Under the pieces are notes generated by a model. That model saw nothing but the letters and a program-made list of their open reading frames with translations, was not told where the DNA came from and made no database searches. From contig CAWBAT010000006.1 of the NCBI GenBank assembly GCA_963786955.1, positions 896,001-960,000 on the forward strand: 64,000 nt of DNA, in the 5' to 3' direction. Each line of letters opens with the position of its first letter. Positions within the stretch are counted from its first letter, which is position 1. The stretch comes from an uncultured Acidimicrobiia bacterium (GTDB taxonomy: Bacteria; Acidobacteriota; Terriglobia; Versatilivoradales; Versatilivoraceae). Position numbers and translations under genes: made by a program. Below are positions 59,033 to 64,000 of this stretch, piece after piece.

Positions 59033-59278
59033 ATTCTCACGTTTGCCCGCGACATTACCTCATCTTTCCCATCATCGAACAGAAATGACCGGGCGTTGAC
59101 CGTCTTATCTCAAGCATGCCGCAAGCGGGCCTCTCCTAATCCTCACGAGGCTTGAGTCACCAGGTATTCAGTTTCCAAGTCGACAGGCTACGTATTCAAG
59201 GAAGACAATTGCCGATGGTTGATTCAAAAGTTCCAAACCGTCCAACCGGAACGGCAAACCACTTGAAAAGAGACTATT

Positions 59279-61760
59279 GTGAAAATTCTCTTTCTTTCCA
59301 ATTTTTATCCACCGTATAGCATCGGCGGATACGAAATGTTGTGCCTCGAAGTCGTTGAGGATCTGGCCAGACGAGGGCACGAAGTCGCGGTCCTCACGAG
59401 TACCTATGGAGTTGCTCACGAGTTCATAGATGGGTACGTCCACCGCCTACTGACACTTGAAAGCGATCTCCATTTTTATGGAAGGCGCGAGGCTTGGGGT
59501 TACCCCCTCAGGAAGAAGCGCAATCTGCAGCACCTTCGACGACTGATCGACACAGAGCAACCAGACTTGGTGTTTGTCTGGGGCATGTGGAATCTCTCTA
59601 AGAGTCTGGCCCTAGAGGCCGAAGCATTGATGGGAACTCGCGTGGTCTACTACCTTGCCAACCCCTGGCCCATCGAACCCAACATGCATCAACGCTATTG
59701 GGATATGCCGGCCCGGACAGCGTTTGGCCGGCTTGTAAAACCTATTTTGCGTCTTCCAGCGCGTCTTTTACTGAGGGCAGAATGGGAGCGAATCCCTCTG
59801 CGATTCGAGCATGCGCCTTGCTGCAGCCAGGCGCAAAGAGATCAATTGATTCACTCTGGAGTGCCGCTGCAAGATGCGCCAGTAATCTATGAAGGTATTG
59901 ACTTGAGACCATATCTGGCCCAGGCAGAGCAACGAAGCAATCGGACTGGGAACGGGACACTGTCGCTGGTCTTTGTTGGCATCCTGGCAAAACATAAGGG
60001 AGTCCACACAACGATCGAGGCGCTCACTCATCTGTCCTGCGCTGACCGAAAGCGGGTCCATCTCACGATTCTGGGTTCGGGACATCCGCAGTATGAGAGC
60101 TTTCTGCGGGGCTTGGTGACAAAACGCCAGTTGTCTGACTTCGTCTCTTTCCACGATCCCATCCCGCGTTCTGATCTGCCGGCTTTCTTGGGAAGGTTCG
60201 ACGTGTTGTTGCTTCCATCGATCTGGGCAGAACCGCTGGCGCGCATCATGCAGGAGGGGCTCGCCAGTGGCATGGTTGTGATTGGTTCGGCCACAGGCGG
60301 GACGGCAGAAACGATTTGTCATGGTGAAAATGGGCTGCTCTTCCCTGCAGAAGATGCCGCTGAACTGGCGCGGCAGATCGGGTGTGTACTGGGCAATCCG
60401 GCATTACGTCATGCGCTCACCGAAGCCGGGCGCCGCACAGCCGTCGACAAATTTGAATTACAGAGAATGGTAGATGAACTTGAAGGCTACTTGGAACACA
60501 TCAATGCTACTGCCTTCGGTGATTCAAGAGAGAGAGACAACCCTCTGGTCAGCATCATCATCCCTAATTTCAATCATGGCCCATTCATTGCGGACGCAAT
60601 CCGCTGCGTTCTGAACCAGGACTACCGTAGTTTCGAAATTATTGTGGTTGATGATGGTTCAACCGACAACAGTCGCGAAGTTGTGGCGGAGTTTGGTGAA
60701 CAAGTTCATTATATTTGGCAAGAAAACCAGGGCCTGTCGGCTGCCCGCAATACCGGCATTCAAGCCGCCAAAGGAGCCTACATCGCCTTACTGGACGCTG
60801 ATGACATGTACGAGCCAAATTTTCTGAGCACCCTAATGAAAGCTCTTCAAGAAGATCCCAGGCCGATGGTATCCATTGTGGCTATCAGTTTGTTGATCAC
60901 TTGAATCGTCCTTTACCTCAGATAGAGGCTCGCTCAATTCCAGAAAGTGAACTATTTCAGGCGCTAGCCGATGGAGATTTCCTGGTTCCTGAAGCGATGC
61001 TGGTTCGCCGGAGTTGTTATGACAGCGTGGGGGCATTTGATGAAACTCTGCGCGGCTTGTGAAGATTGGGATATGTGGCTCAGAATCTCGAAGCAGTATT
61101 AAGATTATTGGGACCACCCGAATTCTCACGCGCCATCGGATTCTACCTGGCAGCATGTCGACCGACCCGGTTCGAATGTTAACCAGTCGTCTGGCTGTCC
61201 TGAAGAAACACTTTGGGAAGGAGCCAGGAGACGAGGAGAAAACAGTCAGCGCAAGACGACGAGCCTATGGACGGGCTTATCTTGGATCAAGTGTTGAGTA
61301 TCTGCAGCACGGGGATAGAGAACGCGCCTACGAATGTTTTCAGAAGATGGCTAAAGTGTGTCCAAACCTGTTGACCCAGCTGGACACGTTTTACCAGTTA
61401 GGTTGCGGAGACCAGCCCAAGGGACATATGGGGGATTTCGCATCTCTTGACTTGCAGAGCAACAGTCTAGCGCTTTTGCAGATGCTTGTCAGATTGTTTG
61501 CAAATCCGGATACCAGAATCAGACTAGCCAAGTGCCAGCGCCCGGCTTATGCCCAGGCTTATTTCGCTCTCGGCCTGCTTTATTACGGATCTCGGAAGCT
61601 CCCTGAAGCCAGGCATTTTCTCTGGTCCGCCGTGATCACTAACCCAAGATTTGGACTCAAACGTCAACTTGTGTTGACCTGGGCAAAATCATTGTTGAGC
61701 CCTAAATTGCTTAACCGATTTAAAGTTAGTGGTAAGCGCGAGAAGAGATTCGCTTGCTAG
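59279..61760 (+). CDS. GT4-GT2 fusion glycosyltransferase with helical tail (three frameshifts near 60860, 61054 and 61100)
   Basis: GT4 (GGYE, HKG, PSIWAEP), then GT2 (VVDDGSTD, LLDADD); shifted frames give ADGIHCGYQFVD...GAFDETLR, ACEDWDMWLRI, then ORF 61059-61760. Confidence 0.82.
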
Positions 61761-61970
61761 TTATTATTCACTTTTTCTAACTCGCCAAGGAAGTTGCAGT
61801 TGATCGCCTGACCTTTGCAACCACAATTAACGCCTTCTCGGCGCTTGGATCCCGGTCCGCCTGCTCTTTATTTCCAACTTCTATCCCTCCTATGGATTGG
61901 GCAGAGATGAACAGTGGTGCCAGGATTTAGCAGAGAGGCTCAGTGCGACCGGAAGAGAACTTCTGGGCAT

Positions 61971-64000
61971 ATGATTCAACGGATGCACAAAGGAATTCGT
62001 AAATTAGGGACTGGTTGGCTTCTTGTGGCCGTATTGGGGTTCTTGTTTTCTGAATCCCTCTATGCACTTCAAGGAAACGTGTATGTGCTCAATGGGAGCA
62101 GTCGCGACGCCTTCACAGCGGAAATTAACGGCATAACTGTCAAGACTGCCACGGTGCAGGCCATTGACGATTCCATCGCGTCCATGATACCGGGCGCGAC
62201 CGAAATCCTGAGTCAGTCACCGGCTGGTTCTTACGCCGTTGACGTCACGGTGAATGCGACTCAAACACGCCCCATTCACCCGCTCTTTTTTGGATTTAAC
62301 CTGAGTGACATGGCCTTCGGCTATACGGAAACGGAGTTTGTAAAAAGACTCAGGGACCCTCGTTATGCCGCTTTGCTTAGCAAGCTTCGTCCTGGTCTAA
62401 TCCGGTATCCCGGAGGGTCATTTGGGGAAATCTTATGGGACCGAAGCAACACGCAATCTCCCATTTCTCCCAATCAAGTCCTGCGCGCCCAGGATTTAGA
62501 CGACCTGGTCGTACTGTGCCGGAAAACGGGGGCCACGCTCTATATCCAGATCCCCCTAACGCCGGGAGGCGAGAACAACTGGGCGGATTTTGCGGCTTAC
62601 TGTAATGAGAAAAGCTACAGCGACGTGGTCTATATCTCTTCCGGCAATGAAAACCATATCTGGTTAGGTGGTGATTGGAGTGCCGACACCTATGTGGCCA
62701 ATTTTAAAAAGTATTACGACGCCATGACCGCCCTTCGTCCCGGGCTCATTTTCGGGCTGCCGGAAGCCTGTAACGTTGGAGGCCCATCGGTTTTTGACAA
62801 GGCGTGGGTAGATCCTATTCTACAAAAGCTCGCGGCCGCAAATTATAAGGCCGGCCTAGTCACTAGCCATCTGTACCATTTTTATGGTGGGTTCGACAAC
62901 ACGCTGGATAATTTACTACAAAACATGGGCGTCTATTCATCTGCCACAGCAGATCTAGTAGCCTCGCGTAATCAATACAATCCCAACGCACTCGCCATGT
63001 GGACGGAGTTCGGGCCCACCGTCGGTGTCCCGGATCGCAGAATCTTCAACAGTGTGGGGACCGCGCTTTGGGGAGCAGATGCAATCGGTCGAGTCGCACG
63101 GGCTGGCGCGGATGGCGTTTTGTTCTATCGGCTGAGTTGTCCGAAAGATTTCGCATGGCCTTCCGCTGCATTTGCCAGTGATTTGTCAGAGGTTTACCCA
63201 CTGACCCTGACTTACTTGATGTTTGGACAATGGTGGGGCAAGGATTGGGTGTTGAATGTCAACTCAACCGATGACTCGCGCTTGAGCGTCAATGCATCTA
63301 CGGACAACGATCACGTGTATGTGATGCTGATTAACAAAACTGCCAGCCAAGATCTGTTGACTCGCGTCACTGTCACAGCTAGCAACCGGTCATATTACCT
63401 CTCTCGCAGCTGCCCCGCGCATTCGATTACTCTCGTGTCGTTTACCAAACAGGAACACGCGCCATCTAAGCTCGTCGTCACTGCCAGTCCCAAGATCTTA
63501 CTGTCAGACGGGAAGAGCACAAGCCTTGTCACGGCTAAAGTGATGGATGATCTGAACAATGTCATAACAACATCGAGCGCCACAGTGGTCTTTTCCCTGA
63601 GCGGTTCTGCCGGCGGAAGTCTTAGTGCAACGAATGTTCCTGCTAGTAACGGAGTTGCTACGGTGACTTTTTCTGGAGGCACTAGCCCCGGGAAAACTAG
63701 CGTAACCGCTACATCCCCTGGCCTGACGTCAGGCGTCACTGAGCTCACGCTGGTCATGAACAACGCCCCGACCTCGCCTTCTAATCTGTTGTGTAATGGG
63801 CTCGTAAATCCGACAGGGGTAAAGACTTACCACCCGGATTTTTCCTGGGCTTTTAATGACCCCGGGGACACGGAATCGGCCTTTAGAATTCTGGTGGCGG
63901 ACAGCCAAGCCAGTATCGACAACAACGCAGGGAATGTATGGGACAGTGGGAAGAAGAGTTTAGGCGGCACAACAGTGAAGTATGAGGGTTCGAGGCTGAA
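61971..64000 (+). CDS. secreted clan GH-A-like glycoside hydrolase with Ig-like and FN3-like modules (runs off window end)
   Basis: Manual translation: signal peptide, IRYPGGS, SGNEN, WTE; Big_1-like SDGKSTSLVTA...NGVATVTF; FSW..D..ESAFRILV...VWDSGK; absent from the ORF track because there is no stop. Confidence 0.82.
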   Translation, partial: MIQRMHKGIRKLGTGWLLVAVLGFLFSESLYALQGNVYVLNGSSRDAFTAEINGITVKTATVQAIDDSIASMIPGATEILSQSPAGSYAVDVTVNATQTRPIHPLFFGFNLSDMAFGYTETEFVKRLRDPRYAALLSKLRPGLIRYPGGSFGEILWDRSNTQSPISPNQVLRAQDLDDLVVLCRKTGATLYIQIPLTPGGENNWADFAAYCNEKSYSDVVYISSGNENHIWLGGDWSADTYVANFKKYYDAMTALRPGLIFGLPEACNVGGPSVFDKAWVDPILQKLAAANYKAGLVTSHLYHFYGGFDNTLDNLLQNMGVYSSATADLVASRNQYNPNALAMWTEFGPTVGVPDRRIFNSVGTALWGADAIGRVARAGADGVLFYRLSCPKDFAWPSAAFASDLSEVYPLTLTYLMFGQWWGKDWVLNVNSTDDSRLSVNASTDNDHVYVMLINKTASQDLLTRVTVTASNRSYYLSRSCPAHSITLVSFTKQEHAPSKLVVTASPKILLSDGKSTSLVTAKVMDDLNNVITTSSATVVFSLSGSAGGSLSATNVPASNGVATVTFSGGTSPGKTSVTATSPGLTSGVTELTLVMNNAPTSPSNLLCNGLVNPTGVKTYHPDFSWAFNDPGDTESAFRILVADSQASIDNNAGNVWDSGKKSLGGTTVKYEGSRL

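Noticed and set aside
59244-59278. GGCAAACC..GAAA resembling a c-di-GMP-I riboswitch
   Set aside because: The following GGGACGCAAAGC core and P2 pairing are absent; the same applies to GGCAAAACCC near 23011

Overview
Bacterial chromosomal window, probably Acidobacteriota (inferred from gene content: CRTAC1/ASPIC-UnbV proteins, tandem SLBB export proteins, UpxY). Several single-base indels split genes and look like assembly errors. 1-6.3 kb holds housekeeping genes (aspS partial, hisS, gamma-carbonic anhydrase, Fe/Mn SOD, fabH, DUF2203, murB) plus two inverted copies of a 143-bp MITE. 6.6-15.4 kb is an uncharacterised module of a membrane-anchored penta-heme cytochrome c/TPR protein and two FG-GAP/ASPIC-UnbV proteins. 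15.4-22.4 kb is a variable zone with nested repeats, tRNA-Lys and tRNA-Glu, a HigBA toxin-antitoxin pair, gene remnants, a Tat-exported orphan and two paralogous small HTH-like proteins. 22.6-26.2 kb is a regulatory block (two PilZ-like proteins, a LuxR regulator with Glu at the phospho-Asp site, UpxY/NusG antiterminator, ops-like site). 26.3-64 kb is a co-oriented surface-glycan locus over 37 kb long. It combines Wzc/Wza with Wzm/Wzt export, a GT2/GT-C decoration pair, a B12 radical SAM enzyme, dTDP-Fuc4NAc genes, a heptose pathway with no gmhB in the window but with a phosphopentomutase, and a secreted glycoside hydrolase running off the end.
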